Source: Gemmatimonadota bacterium
Lineage (GTDB): Bacteria > Gemmatimonadota > Gemmatimonadetes > Longimicrobiales > RSA9
DNA: 61,017 nucleotides
Assembly: GCA_040902615.1 (NCBI GenBank)
Contig: JBBDWZ010000286.1
Span: 228 to 61,244 of the forward strand
Reading direction: 5' to 3'
In this document: positions 36,674 to 46,783 of the stretch, in pieces
Position numbering within the stretch: the first letter of the stretch is position 1
Layout: each line of letters begins with the position of its first letter
The notes under the pieces: generated by a model
What the model saw: the letters and a program-made list of their open reading frames with translations, nothing else
Told to the model about the DNA's origin: nothing
Database searches by the model: none
Program-made: the position numbers and the translations under genes

Positions 36674-37864
36674 ATGTACAACGCCACAAACTCTCGGGTG
36701 TTTGCAGGTCTACTGATCGCGCTGGCCGCATGCTCCCGCGCAGACACGCCCGCGCCGGACGCCCGCGCCAAGGCGAGCGATCAGGTGATCATTGACCTCC
36801 GCTACGATCGCTCGCTGCTGCTCGAGACCACTTCTGAAACATCCGCGAATGTCAGCATCGGCGATGTCGACGGTGACGGCAAACTCGACCTGGTACTGGC
36901 AAAGGGAAGACACTGGCCGCTGGTCGATCGGGTGCAACTGGGCGATGGCCGCGGTGGCATCCGTGCCGCATACGATCTCGGTTCCGCATCCGATCGCTCA
37001 TACTCCGGCCAGCTCGCCGACCTGGACAATGACGGCGACCTGGATGTCGTCATCAGCAATGACACGCCGGATCCGAAGCTGGTCTACCTGAACGACGGCA
37101 AGGGTCGATTCACCGCCTCACCTTTCGGCCGAGCCGAGTGGGCGACGCGCAATGCGCGGATCGCCGACATGAATGGCGATCACCTGCCGGACATCGTGGT
37201 CGCCAATCGCGCGGGCACGAACTCGACGAACTACATCTGCATCAATCGCGGTGCCGGCCGCTTCGATAGTAACTGCAGCGCGTTCTCACACGAGCCGTCT
37301 ACGACCGTCACGCCGGTCGACATCGATCGCGATGGCAGGATGGATATCGTAGTCCCGCATCGCGATGGCGGGCAGAGTTACGTGTACCGGTTCGGCGGTT
37401 CGTCGGACTTCACCGACGCGGAGCGGATTCCGTTTGGTCCGGCGGATGCCGGCTTTCGCATGGCCGAAGTGGCGGATTTCAATGGTGACAGCTTGCTCGA
37501 CATCGTTGCGATCGACGAACGCAGCGGCGCCTGGCTCCATTTTGGCCAGCCCGATCGCAGGTTTGCAGCCGGTGTGCGTATCAACGATCGCCCGAGCGCG
37601 CCCTACGCACTGACACTCAGCGATCTCAACCGTGATGGCAGGATGGATATCATCGTTGGCCACATTGAAGCGCCCTCGATTGCCTACCTGAATGACGGAA
37701 CCGGCCGCGGCTTTACCCGCCTTCCGTTCGGCGACAACAAGGGTGCCGTTTATGGTTTTGCCGTCGGCGATATCGATGCGGATGGCGTGTTGGATATTGC
37801 CGTAGCGAGGTCGGATGCGCCGAACCTGCTCTTCTTCGGTAGCCGTGCGCTCACTCAACGGTAA
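36674..37864 (+). CDS. FG-GAP/VCBS-repeat lipoprotein (seven-bladed integrin-alpha-like propeller)
   Basis: GGGAG lies upstream. Lipobox LIALAAC. Seven Ca-binding-type repeats are present: GDVDGDGKLDLVLA, ADLDNDGDLDVVIS, ADMNGDHLPDIVVA, VDIDRDGRMDIVVP, ADFNGDSLLDIVAI, SDLNRDGRMDIIVG, GDIDADGVLDIAVA. Confidence 0.85.
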   Translation: MYNATNSRVFAGLLIALAACSRADTPAPDARAKASDQVIIDLRYDRSLLLETTSETSANVSIGDVDGDGKLDLVLAKGRHWPLVDRVQLGDGRGGIRAAYDLGSASDRSYSGQLADLDNDGDLDVVISNDTPDPKLVYLNDGKGRFTASPFGRAEWATRNARIADMNGDHLPDIVVANRAGTNSTNYICINRGAGRFDSNCSAFSHEPSTTVTPVDIDRDGRMDIVVPHRDGGQSYVYRFGGSSDFTDAERIPFGPADAGFRMAEVADFNGDSLLDIVAIDERSGAWLHFGQPDRRFAAGVRINDRPSAPYALTLSDLNRDGRMDIIVGHIEAPSIAYLNDGTGRGFTRLPFGDNKGAVYGFAVGDIDADGVLDIAVARSDAPNLLFFGSRALTQR

Positions 37865-37897
37865 ACGGCAGAGCCCGAAGCCAGCTGCGGTTCGGCT

Positions 37898-38671
37898 ATG
37901 AGCGCGGCGCGCGGGCTGCCATGGCTGCGGATCTTCGTCGAAGGCGTAGTGATCGTCGGTTCCATCCTGCTCGCCTTCGCGATCGATGCCTGGTGGGATG
38001 GACGGCAGGATCGGGCTCAGGAGCACACATACCTGCGCCTGCTCGTGACCGACATGCAGCAGACGCTCGACAACAACGCCAGGTTCGGCGGCAGGGCGGA
38101 CAGCGTCGACTGGGCGGGTGCCCGGCTGGTACGTGCGTATTACGAGCCGGAGCTGCCGCCGCGCGACTCGATTCTCAAGTGGTTCGCCTGGGGAACTGGT
38201 CACTGGGTCGTTCAACCGACGCTTGGCACCGTGCAATCTCTGGTGTCTACCGGCGACATCGATTTAATCCGTGATGACTCGGTTCGGGTCGCCGTATCGC
38301 GATACCTCAATGTCATGACTGCATTCGAAGGCTTCGAGCAAAAGGCCGCCGATGACTTCCTCAATGCGCGCGACGAACTCTCGCGTCACGTTGACCTCGA
38401 GCTTCTGCGGCTGAATCAGTTCTCGGTGACAGAGCGCGACTCCCTGGCGTCGACCGACAACCTTTTTCCTTTCCCGGCGGGGCAGCTCCGCCCGCAGCGT
38501 CTGGTCGACGTCCAGGCGTTGGTGCGGAACGAGGAGGTTCACCGCATCCTCGAGCGGATGAATCGGGCAAAGACGACCATGCGGCTGAACCGGCGTCGAA
38601 TGCGGATGTCCTCAGAGCAACTCCTCGAACAGGTCGAACCAGCGCTGGCACGGCGCGGATTTACGCAGTAG
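37898..38671 (+). CDS. Hypothetical N-terminally membrane-anchored protein
   Basis: A single N-terminal TM segment (IFVEGVVIVGSILLAFAIDAWW) is followed by a helical soluble region. No family confidently recognised. Confidence 0.65.
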   Translation: MSAARGLPWLRIFVEGVVIVGSILLAFAIDAWWDGRQDRAQEHTYLRLLVTDMQQTLDNNARFGGRADSVDWAGARLVRAYYEPELPPRDSILKWFAWGTGHWVVQPTLGTVQSLVSTGDIDLIRDDSVRVAVSRYLNVMTAFEGFEQKAADDFLNARDELSRHVDLELLRLNQFSVTERDSLASTDNLFPFPAGQLRPQRLVDVQALVRNEEVHRILERMNRAKTTMRLNRRRMRMSSEQLLEQVEPALARRGFTQ

Positions 38672-38748
38672 CCCTCCTGCAGAGACTGACCCAGCCAGCC
38701 GAGGTTCGCGCCAGGTCAATAAACCTCTCCACGCTGCCATATCGCGGA

Positions 38749-41016
38749 TTACCGTGCCAGCATGTAGTTGAGCTTGACGATGAGCTGACGGTCGGTTGGA
38801 CCAAAGGTGCCGTCGGGTAGACCGCGCGGACGCAGATCGTTGTACACGATGTACAGATCGCTGCCTGGGCGGTACGTGTAGTTGAAGCGAACGCTGTTGG
38901 TGACTTCATGCGACGACGAGTTGAACTGCGTGAGGCTGCGCAGCGTCATTCGTGGCGAGAACGAGTAGTCCACGCGCAGGATCGCCAGGTTGAGCAGGAA
39001 ATCACCGTGCGGCAGCTCGACATCATTGCGCTTGAACTCGAGCTCGGAGGCGAAGCGGCTGCTGGCGCGCAGGCCGGTCGCGACCGTGAAGTTGCGGCTG
39101 GTACCATCGTAGAACTGGTTCGGCTGGTAGCTGAACCGGCCATACACGCGCTTTGCCGGATTCGTGTTGAAGGTGAACTGCCACTCGTTGAAGCCGTAGC
39201 TGCCCACCGGAATGGTCACCTCGCTGTGCACGCGGAACGGCAGGTCCAGCGTTTCATGCAATCGCTGATGGATGACGTTGATGAACGAGCCATCCTGCAG
39301 GTACGTGCCGAGCATATAGTGCTGGTTCCGTGACACCATCCGATTCTCCTGGTCGGTCACATAGGTCAGCACGAACATCGGCTCGAACATCCGGATGCCG
39401 TACTTGCCCGGCCTGGGTGTTGGACTCACGAACAGCTTGGTTGCCTTGATGCCGCGCCGCTGAATGAAGCCGACCTCGGCGTTGAAGTTGTCCTGCACGT
39501 TCTCGTAGTTCAGATAGGCGTTCAGCTTCGGATCGCGATACGCGATGCGGCCGAACCACGACATATCGTTCCCGTCCAGCCCGGGTGTTGCGGTCTTGGC
39601 CAGGAACGACACTATCTGCAGGTTATTCCCGAGCGCCAGGTTGGCATCAATGCCGAACGTACGATTGTAGTGCGCGCTATCCATCGCCTCCTTGTTGACG
39701 ACAATCGCGCCCACGCGTGATCGCTTCAGGATGTCACTGCTGTAGCGCGCAACGAAGAAGTTGTCGCCATTGCGGCCATAGGCATTATCGGTCTGAATGT
39801 CGAGCAGCCCGATGTTGTGGCGGCCGCTCTTTCCGGCCAGGCGTACACCGCCAATGATCGGCACCGGCTGTCCCGTGTCTGACAGACCAATGCGACGCGT
39901 GAAGAACAGATCGGTCTCGAGTGCACCGGTACCGAACGTGCCGCCCGTGCCCATGTTGAACAGGCCGGCGTGCTCGAGGAAAAAGTCGCGTTTCTCGGGA
40001 AAGAACAGGTTGAAGCGCGTCAGGTTGATCTGCTGCTGGTCGGCTTCCGCCTGCGCGAAATCGGTGTTGATGGTGAGGTCGAGGTTGAGTCCGCTGGTCA
40101 CGCCGTAGCGCGCATCGACGCCCAGGTCGCGCACCATATCGGTCGAGCCAATGCTGGCTGAAGACTGGCGATCCCGGACACCCGATACCACGAACGGCTT
40201 GATCTTTAGATCCATGCCGTGGTCGATCGAGTTGAGTCCCGATAGCGATCCAGCCAGGCTCACCTTGGTCAGGCTGTACGCCTTCGGGATCGGCGACCAG
40301 AACACCTGTTCGTTCTTGCGCCGGATGTTGCGCATGATGTTGAGGCCCCAGACCTGCTCGGCATGGTCCGGGAAGCGCAGCGTCGTCAACGGAATCGCAA
40401 TCTCCGCCGTCCAGCCATCGCTCGTGACCCTGGTCGCAACATCCCAGACGCCATCCCAGTTCCGATTGATGTTCGAGTTGTTCCGATTGCCTCGCGTATT
40501 GCCTTCACCCTCCTCCGAGATCTGCTGCTCCAGTTTGGCACCCAGCGGTGTGGTCAGGAACATGTAACCATTCCGCGAGTCATTGAACGTATCGAAGATT
40601 ACCTGGATGTTGTCTTCATCGAGCAGGCGGTCCGAGTCGCGACGCATTTCCGTTGCAGTCAGCCCACCGGCCTGGCTGTCGAACGCGTGCACGCCGATAT
40701 AGAGGGTACGGCTGTCGAAGAGGATACGGACCTCGGTCCGTTCGCTGGCAGGCTGACCTTCCTTCGGTTCCTGCTGTGTGAAGTTGTCGATCACGAGCGC
40801 GCGCTTCCAGGCGGGCTCATCGAGGAGCCCGTCCAGCCTGGGCGCCTGATCGACCCGAAGCGCGGTGGCGGTAAACGCCTCACGCCGGTTGCTTCCGTTG
40901 GGGTGATGCGGCGCACCCTGCGCGTGAGCCTGCTGCACCAGTGCAGTCACGCTGATGGCCAGGCAAAGGGCTGAAGCAATCCAGCGACGCAGGGACGGAA
41001 GACGCTCTTGAGTCAT
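38749..41016 (-). CDS. DUF5916-like protein with an N-terminal CBM9-like carbohydrate-binding domain
   Basis: Signal peptide ASALCLAISVTALVQQAHAQ. DGLLDEPAWKRALVIDNFTQQEPKEGQPASERTEVRILFDSRTLYIGVHAFD resembles the CBM9/DUF5916 N-terminus, followed by a long beta-rich C-terminal region. Confidence 0.75.
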   Translation of the reverse strand: MTQERLPSLRRWIASALCLAISVTALVQQAHAQGAPHHPNGSNRREAFTATALRVDQAPRLDGLLDEPAWKRALVIDNFTQQEPKEGQPASERTEVRILFDSRTLYIGVHAFDSQAGGLTATEMRRDSDRLLDEDNIQVIFDTFNDSRNGYMFLTTPLGAKLEQQISEEGEGNTRGNRNNSNINRNWDGVWDVATRVTSDGWTAEIAIPLTTLRFPDHAEQVWGLNIMRNIRRKNEQVFWSPIPKAYSLTKVSLAGSLSGLNSIDHGMDLKIKPFVVSGVRDRQSSASIGSTDMVRDLGVDARYGVTSGLNLDLTINTDFAQAEADQQQINLTRFNLFFPEKRDFFLEHAGLFNMGTGGTFGTGALETDLFFTRRIGLSDTGQPVPIIGGVRLAGKSGRHNIGLLDIQTDNAYGRNGDNFFVARYSSDILKRSRVGAIVVNKEAMDSAHYNRTFGIDANLALGNNLQIVSFLAKTATPGLDGNDMSWFGRIAYRDPKLNAYLNYENVQDNFNAEVGFIQRRGIKATKLFVSPTPRPGKYGIRMFEPMFVLTYVTDQENRMVSRNQHYMLGTYLQDGSFINVIHQRLHETLDLPFRVHSEVTIPVGSYGFNEWQFTFNTNPAKRVYGRFSYQPNQFYDGTSRNFTVATGLRASSRFASELEFKRNDVELPHGDFLLNLAILRVDYSFSPRMTLRSLTQFNSSSHEVTNSVRFNYTYRPGSDLYIVYNDLRPRGLPDGTFGPTDRQLIVKLNYMLAR

Positions 41017-41058
41017 GATCTGAACCTAAGCTCATCGACTGGATGGCTCAATGACATC

Positions 41059-44000
41059 CTACTTCACCACGCGAATGACGCCCCACATCGTCAACCAATG
41101 GCCCGGCACTGTACAGACAAACGGGTAATCGCCCGGCGCATCCGGTACGGTGAAGGCGACGGTTGCGCTCTGACGTGGGCTCACCATTGGACTCGCAGCC
41201 AGCGTGCGCAGACGCGGGGGGATGAAGTCCCGGCCCGCAGCAGAGGCATCGGCCACGTACGCGTTGAGCAGCGCGCCGACCTGCTGTTGGTTCTGACCGG
41301 CCGCCATCACAACCACGTTGTGCAACGCAGCATCCGTGTTGGTAAATCGAATCGCGACTCTTTGACCGGCGCGCACGCTCAGCGTCGTCTTGTCGAATCG
41401 ATTCTGGCCGGGCACGGTAGATAGCTCGAGGGTCACATCGGCAGGCTGCGCCGCGGTCTGCGCGTCGGTCGTTGCTTCGCGGCGGTGAAACACTCGAACG
41501 AACTGCTGCGCGAAGGGCACACCCGCGGCAAAGTCAGGGGCGCGTCCGCCGGTCCATTCCGCCGCTTTGCGATACTTCCAATTGGCTGCGAGTGGCACCT
41601 TGAAGTTGATCCGAAGCGCCGGGCGCTCCGGATCGACTGCGGCTCGCTGCGCGACCCTTGAGTTCGACCCGATGATGAACACGCTATCGGGCGTGCCGTA
41701 GATCCCGCCGCCGCGGCGCTCATTGGTAACTTCGACTGCAACGACATTGCGTCCCGCGCGCAGCACACCTGCCGGTACAGCGTACGCCCTGCGCTCGCCC
41801 GGCAGGTTGCTCATCGCCCCGACGCGCACGCCATTCAGGTAGCTGACATCCGCGTCCGAGATCGGGCCCAGATGCAGGGTTGCCGTGCGACCAGCCGCAT
41901 GCGCGGGCAGATCGAAGGCGTGCCGGAACCAGACCACGCCGGGGAAATGCGCCAGCTTGGTGGTCGTCCAGTGCGCGGGCACCTGCACCGTGTCCCAGGC
42001 CGCGTCGTCGAGATCGAGCTGCGACCAATCGACGACGTTCTCGAGCTCACCGCGCCTGGCGCGTTCGGTCAGCTGCGCGACCGCGGGCGCGCCAGCCTCG
42101 TTCGAGTAGGCCTCGAGGAAGCCTGCGGAATGGCGTCGCGCCGCCAGGTAGAGCGCAGTCGGGAGCCATTGGTCCTCGAGCACGGTGCGTTCCTTACCCA
42201 ACGCGTAGAGTCTTTGCCCGATGCGGTCGGAGCTGGGCAGCTCGGCCAAGGCGAGGAAGGCGTGCAGTCGAACATTGAGATCGGGATCCGTGAGCACGCG
42301 GGATTTCTCGATGCGCTCGAAAGTCCGCGCATTCTTCGGTAGCACCATCAGTGCGTTCTTGCGTACGGCCGCAGACGGGTGATCGAGTGCAGCGCGGACT
42401 ACGTCTTCCGCACGCCGATTCGAACCGTTCAGCTGGCCAAGGCCGTGTAGCGTCCACAGCGCGTGCACAGCGCCCGCATCGAGGCCGATCTGATCAACGT
42501 TGGGATCGCGAATCAAACCGTATAGATCATCGACTATGTCGGTCTGGCCACGGTCGACCAGCAGCCGCTGCGCGGTCATGCGCCAGAACAGGTTGTTGTT
42601 GCGCAGCGTTTCAATCAGCTGCTCCGGCCGATCTGCACTGAGCTGCAGCGGTTTGTATTGTGGCGCGCCGCGCCACACCAGCCGGTAGATGCGCCCGCGC
42701 TGTTTGTCCCGCAGCGGCGTTTCGTAGGCGCCGCCAGCACCGGTTGTGAAACCGGGTGGCGTTGGATTGTGCTGCTTGATGAAGCTGTACCAATCGGAGA
42801 TCCACACGGCGCCATCCGGTCCGACCTGCGCGTGGACCGGCGCGGCCCACTCGTCGGCACTCGCCAGCAGATTCCAGCCATCGCGCTCGCGAAAACCCGA
42901 ACCGGCGCGCTCGAGGATGGCGTTGTGCACCAGACCACCGATCGCTTCATGCACGAAGGCAATGCGGTTCCAGTATTCACGCGGGAAACTGCGCGCCGTG
43001 TAAAGGCTGTGTCCGCCGGCAGACGTGAACCCGCCGAAATAGTCGACCTGGCGTGTCACAGTGATGGGATGGCGCGCGTAGTGGCCATCCAACCGCACCT
43101 TGCCGCTGCCGCGCAGACCGGTCACACCTTCGTAATAACGATTCGGAATGGCGATGTGTACGCTATGCTCGTTGTTGGCCGAGTTGGCGAACACATCGAA
43201 GGCTTCCGAAAAGCCGAGACTCCAGGTGTTGTTGCTGAAGCGTGTGACCACCTCGAGCTGCGATCCATCCGGCCGCATGCGATAGATCGCGTCCTCGAAT
43301 TGCATCGGCAGGCCGCCGACCGTGCCGTTGAAGCCTGCGTCGCCGACTGCGCCCCAGATCCAGTTGTCGAAGCCGTGTTGCAGGTTCGATGGGCCCGAAT
43401 GCGTATCGGCCGCGCTCCAGCCGGTCATGACCTCGCGGCGAACATCGGCGCGATCGTCACCGTTGGTATCCTGCAGGAACAGGAAGCGAGGAGCATTGGA
43501 AACGATGATCCCCCCTTTGGCGAATACGATGCCGGTCGGGATGCTCAGCTTGTCCGCAAATACGGTGGACTTGTCCGCGCGGCCGTCACCGTTCGTATCC
43601 TCGAGGATGCGGATGACATCGTTGCCCTCGCCGTCGGGCCGGATGTTGTTGGGGTAGTCGATCGTTTCGACTACCCACATTCGGCCGCGTTCATCCCAGC
43701 TCAGCGCGATCGGATTGACGATCTGTGGTTCCGCAGCGAAAAGCTCGAGTTCGAACCCGGGTGGCACCTGCCAATGCTTCAGCGCTTCTTCAGGAGCGAG
43801 CGGCAACTGCAGCCTGGGCGGCTCGGGTCGGTTCTCATAGTTGGGAATCAGGACCGGTGGATCCTGATATTGAAGTGCGGGGATCGCATAGGCCTGGAGT
43901 TGCGCACGCACTCCGTCGCCAACCGCCCAGAGGATCGCCTCACGGAGTTCCTGTTGGAATGTGGTGTCGGCCCACTCGTTTAGGGTCCGGCCTTTTGACG

Positions 44001-44466
44001 TACGAACGATCCGTCCTTCATCGGGCTCCTCGCGTGCGTTCAGCGAGTCAGTATAGAAGACGAGCCCGCGGCCGTCGCCGGCTTTCGCGAACGCCGGCAC
44101 TCGTACGTCGCGTCGTGCAATCGCCGCGTCAAAGAGGCCGTACGCCTGCGTCGAGTCTCCTGTCTCGACGTAATGCACATTGATGCCATGTTTACCCAGC
44201 GCCGCCGCGAGCAACGCACTCGCACTGCGCGCATCGGGTAGCGTGTCCATGTGCCCAATGAACGCGACATCAATGCGCCGCGGACCCGTACTTCTGCTGA
44301 ATCGCTGGGATTGGTCCCGGCCTTCCCCGCTGCAGCCGACCGCCGACACGATGGCGGCTAGCGTCAGTAGGCGGCTCACCACTCGAGAATCAGCTTGCAA
44401 CCCGCGGTTCCTTGGTACCGGGCCGCTCGCGCATGATGCTGGGCCACCAAATCGGCGCGAGGACAA
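41059..44466 (-). CDS. Giant multidomain protein: ThuA-like region, membrane-bound-dehydrogenase-type beta-propeller, HEAT-like repeats, sugar-binding-like domain, C-terminal cupredoxin
   Basis: PGFELELFAAEPQIVNPIALSWDERGRMWVVET...DTNGDGRADK...DTNGDDRAD is dehydrogenase-domain type. The C-terminus has type-1-copper-like ligands (LHNVVV ... YPFVCTVPGHWLTMWG). No CxxCH motif is present. The start is uncertain: TTG at 44466 overlaps the upstream gene by 77 nt, whereas GTG at 44382 or 44379 gives VVSRLLTLAAIVSAVGCSG, a lipoprotein-like signal. Confidence 0.85.
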   Translation of the reverse strand: MSSRRFGGPASCASGPVPRNRGLQADSRVVSRLLTLAAIVSAVGCSGEGRDQSQRFSRSTGPRRIDVAFIGHMDTLPDARSASALLAAALGKHGINVHYVETGDSTQAYGLFDAAIARRDVRVPAFAKAGDGRGLVFYTDSLNAREEPDEGRIVRTSKGRTLNEWADTTFQQELREAILWAVGDGVRAQLQAYAIPALQYQDPPVLIPNYENRPEPPRLQLPLAPEEALKHWQVPPGFELELFAAEPQIVNPIALSWDERGRMWVVETIDYPNNIRPDGEGNDVIRILEDTNGDGRADKSTVFADKLSIPTGIVFAKGGIIVSNAPRFLFLQDTNGDDRADVRREVMTGWSAADTHSGPSNLQHGFDNWIWGAVGDAGFNGTVGGLPMQFEDAIYRMRPDGSQLEVVTRFSNNTWSLGFSEAFDVFANSANNEHSVHIAIPNRYYEGVTGLRGSGKVRLDGHYARHPITVTRQVDYFGGFTSAGGHSLYTARSFPREYWNRIAFVHEAIGGLVHNAILERAGSGFRERDGWNLLASADEWAAPVHAQVGPDGAVWISDWYSFIKQHNPTPPGFTTGAGGAYETPLRDKQRGRIYRLVWRGAPQYKPLQLSADRPEQLIETLRNNNLFWRMTAQRLLVDRGQTDIVDDLYGLIRDPNVDQIGLDAGAVHALWTLHGLGQLNGSNRRAEDVVRAALDHPSAAVRKNALMVLPKNARTFERIEKSRVLTDPDLNVRLHAFLALAELPSSDRIGQRLYALGKERTVLEDQWLPTALYLAARRHSAGFLEAYSNEAGAPAVAQLTERARRGELENVVDWSQLDLDDAAWDTVQVPAHWTTTKLAHFPGVVWFRHAFDLPAHAAGRTATLHLGPISDADVSYLNGVRVGAMSNLPGERRAYAVPAGVLRAGRNVVAVEVTNERRGGGIYGTPDSVFIIGSNSRVAQRAAVDPERPALRINFKVPLAANWKYRKAAEWTGGRAPDFAAGVPFAQQFVRVFHRREATTDAQTAAQPADVTLELSTVPGQNRFDKTTLSVRAGQRVAIRFTNTDAALHNVVVMAAGQNQQQVGALLNAYVADASAAGRDFIPPRLRTLAASPMVSPRQSATVAFTVPDAPGDYPFVCTVPGHWLTMWGVIRVVK

Positions 44467-46273
44467 CGCCGATCACGAGTGCGGCCAGCGGAGGCACGGG
44501 CGAGCCATTCGGCACGGGAATCAGGAGCCGGCCCGCGCCGTAGAGGACGAAAAAAAGAGATGCAGCCGCTGCAGCCGTAGTACTGAGCTGGCTGAGCAAC
44601 GCGCGGCGCGGGGCCCTCGCATCAGCACCCGCCAGTGCAGCGGTGTGACTCCACCAGCCGGACGGTTGTACGCGTCGAAAGAAAGCGACCAGCACGGCAT
44701 CCTCGGTGCGCGGCGTCACCCAGATCACCGCGATGGCTGCGCTGGTCGAAACCAGGGCCATGAGTAACAGGCGCAGCCATTCATCAGTGATGTAAAGCAG
44801 CAAGAGTGGCGCGCAGGCGAGCGAAGCGGCGATCGCTGCGATCTCGGACCAGAGATTGATCCGCTCCCAAAGCCAGCGCAAAACCAGAACGCCGCCCATG
44901 CCGGCGCCGAAGAGAAGGGAGATGAACCAGGCGGTTTGAATCGATCCGAGATTTGCCATGACCAGGATGGACATGGCCAGGATGAGCAGATTGGCCAGCC
45001 GGGCAACCGCAACGGCCTCGCGGCGGCTCGGCTCGCGCTTCAACCAGTGCTCGCAGATCAGACGTTTGTAGATGTCGTTCGACCAGTACGACGCACCCCA
45101 GTTCATGTGGGTGTCCAGGGTTGAGGCGAGCGCCGCAAGCAGGCCGGTGAGCATAAGACCGCGGATGCCGATGGGCAGCAGCTCGTCGATTCCGCGCACA
45201 AACGTCATTTCGCGTTCGGCGGCGAAACCAGGGCCGGTGACGCCGGGTTCGAACGGGTACAGCACGAGCAACCCAATGCCGATGACCAGCCAGATCAAAC
45301 TCCGCAACACGATCTGCAGCCAGGCAAACAGCACGCCGGCCAGGCGCGCATCACGATCGGAACGACAGGCCATGCTGCGTTGTGCCAGGTAGCCGGTGCC
45401 ATCGCTGTTCATTTGAAAGAGCCACTGTAAACCGATGACCACCAGAAACGGACCCAACAATTCACTCGCGGGCGGCGCGAATGAGAGCATGCGGCTGGCC
45501 TGGCTCACTCCGTACAAGTCCGTGAGCCGTGCACTGATGCTGGCCAGGCCCCCCGCTTCACGCAGCACGATCCAGGCGTAGACCGTCGTTCCGATCATAG
45601 CGATTGAAAATTGGCCGACGTCGGTCGTGACCACGCTGCGCAATCCACCGGTCATCGAGTAGAGTGCCGTAAAGCCGAGGATTGCAGCGATTGAGATCAG
45701 GTTGTCGGTGGTGATGGTCCAGGGATCGAGCAGGTTGGGGTTTGAGGCGATCGGTATGCCTATGCGCGTAACAATGGCTCGGATCGGCTGGAACACGGCG
45801 CCGGGCAGCCAGTCGTGCCAGGGCAGAAAGACTTCGGCAATCCGGACGGCTGCCACCAGCACGATGGCCAATACAACGCAGTTGATGACCGTGCCGTAGT
45901 ACAACGCCTTGAGCACACGCAACGGCAGGACGCCGCGCCCGGAATACCGGATCTCGGTCAATTCCGCGTCGGTCAGCACGCGCGCTTCCCGCCACTGCGT
46001 CGCGAATATGAATGCCATCAGCAGAAATGCCAGCCCGTAAATCCAGAGTCGCCAGAGCATGAAGATGCCACCCGTAGCGATCAGCCCGGTCACCAGCAAC
46101 GGCGTGTCGGCAGCAAACTGGGTTGCAGCCATGCTGGTGCCGGCCTGCCAGCCGCGCAGCGTTTTGCCCGCCAGGAAATAGTCTTCGAGGCTGCGCGACG
46201 CCTGCCGCCGCGCGCGCCAGCCGGCACTCAACGCATACGCAACGAAGGCGAGAACGATCAACAGGTCGAGCAC
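44390..46273 (-). CDS. Sodium:solute symporter (SSF) family transporter
   Basis: GTG start at 46273. About 13 TM segments. The N-terminal motif DYFLAGKTLRGWQAGTSMAATQFAADTPLLVTG is typical of the SSF family. Confidence 0.85.
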   Translation of the reverse strand: MLDLLIVLAFVAYALSAGWRARRQASRSLEDYFLAGKTLRGWQAGTSMAATQFAADTPLLVTGLIATGGIFMLWRLWIYGLAFLLMAFIFATQWREARVLTDAELTEIRYSGRGVLPLRVLKALYYGTVINCVVLAIVLVAAVRIAEVFLPWHDWLPGAVFQPIRAIVTRIGIPIASNPNLLDPWTITTDNLISIAAILGFTALYSMTGGLRSVVTTDVGQFSIAMIGTTVYAWIVLREAGGLASISARLTDLYGVSQASRMLSFAPPASELLGPFLVVIGLQWLFQMNSDGTGYLAQRSMACRSDRDARLAGVLFAWLQIVLRSLIWLVIGIGLLVLYPFEPGVTGPGFAAEREMTFVRGIDELLPIGIRGLMLTGLLAALASTLDTHMNWGASYWSNDIYKRLICEHWLKREPSRREAVAVARLANLLILAMSILVMANLGSIQTAWFISLLFGAGMGGVLVLRWLWERINLWSEIAAIAASLACAPLLLLYITDEWLRLLLMALVSTSAAIAVIWVTPRTEDAVLVAFFRRVQPSGWWSHTAALAGADARAPRRALLSQLSTTAAAAASLFFVLYGAGRLLIPVPNGSPVPPLAALVIGVVLAPIWWPSIMRERPGTKEPRVAS

Positions 46274-46285
46274 GTCAACGCCAAC

Positions 46286-46783
46286 CTACCTGCAGCCGAA
46301 GCGATCGCCATGCCGGATTCCAGTGGAGCGCGCACTGCTCCAATACCGATATGGGCCGGTCACCACGCTATAGACGAACACGTTGTCGGCGTTACCATAG
46401 CCGCCAGTTCCCGTAGCACAGCGATACGAAACGTCGGTGGTGATCACTAGTCGCACCGTGTCGCCGGAGACAACCAGGTCCCCAATCTCGAAAACGTGTA
46501 CCGTATCGCCGGGCACCGGTGGACGGGCCCGCAGCATCGTCCGGAAATGGCTCCCGATCAGCGACCATGGAGCGCCCGTCTGCGGAAACTGGAAGCGCCA
46601 CGCCCGCGATGTCGTATCGGTCGCAACGCGCGCTGCGTAAGGCGCCAGCGATTTGATCGCGTACTCGATGATCGGACGCCAAATGGATGTATCGGGGAAA
46701 GCCGCCGGCGCGTTCTGTGCCTGCACGATGCCGGACGGCAGTGCGCAGCACGTCAGCACGATGGCCCACCTCATCGGCCTCAT
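46286..46783 (-). CDS. Small hypothetical secreted protein (165 aa)
   Basis: The ATG at 46783 overlaps the amidohydrolase TGA (ATGA at 46780-46783). Signal peptide MRPMRWAIVLTCCALPSGIVQAQ. The rest of the 271-aa ORF overlaps the upstream gene and is discounted. Confidence 0.6.
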   Translation of the reverse strand: MRPMRWAIVLTCCALPSGIVQAQNAPAAFPDTSIWRPIIEYAIKSLAPYAARVATDTTSRAWRFQFPQTGAPWSLIGSHFRTMLRARPPVPGDTVHVFEIGDLVVSGDTVRLVITTDVSYRCATGTGGYGNADNVFVYSVVTGPYRYWSSARSTGIRHGDRFGCR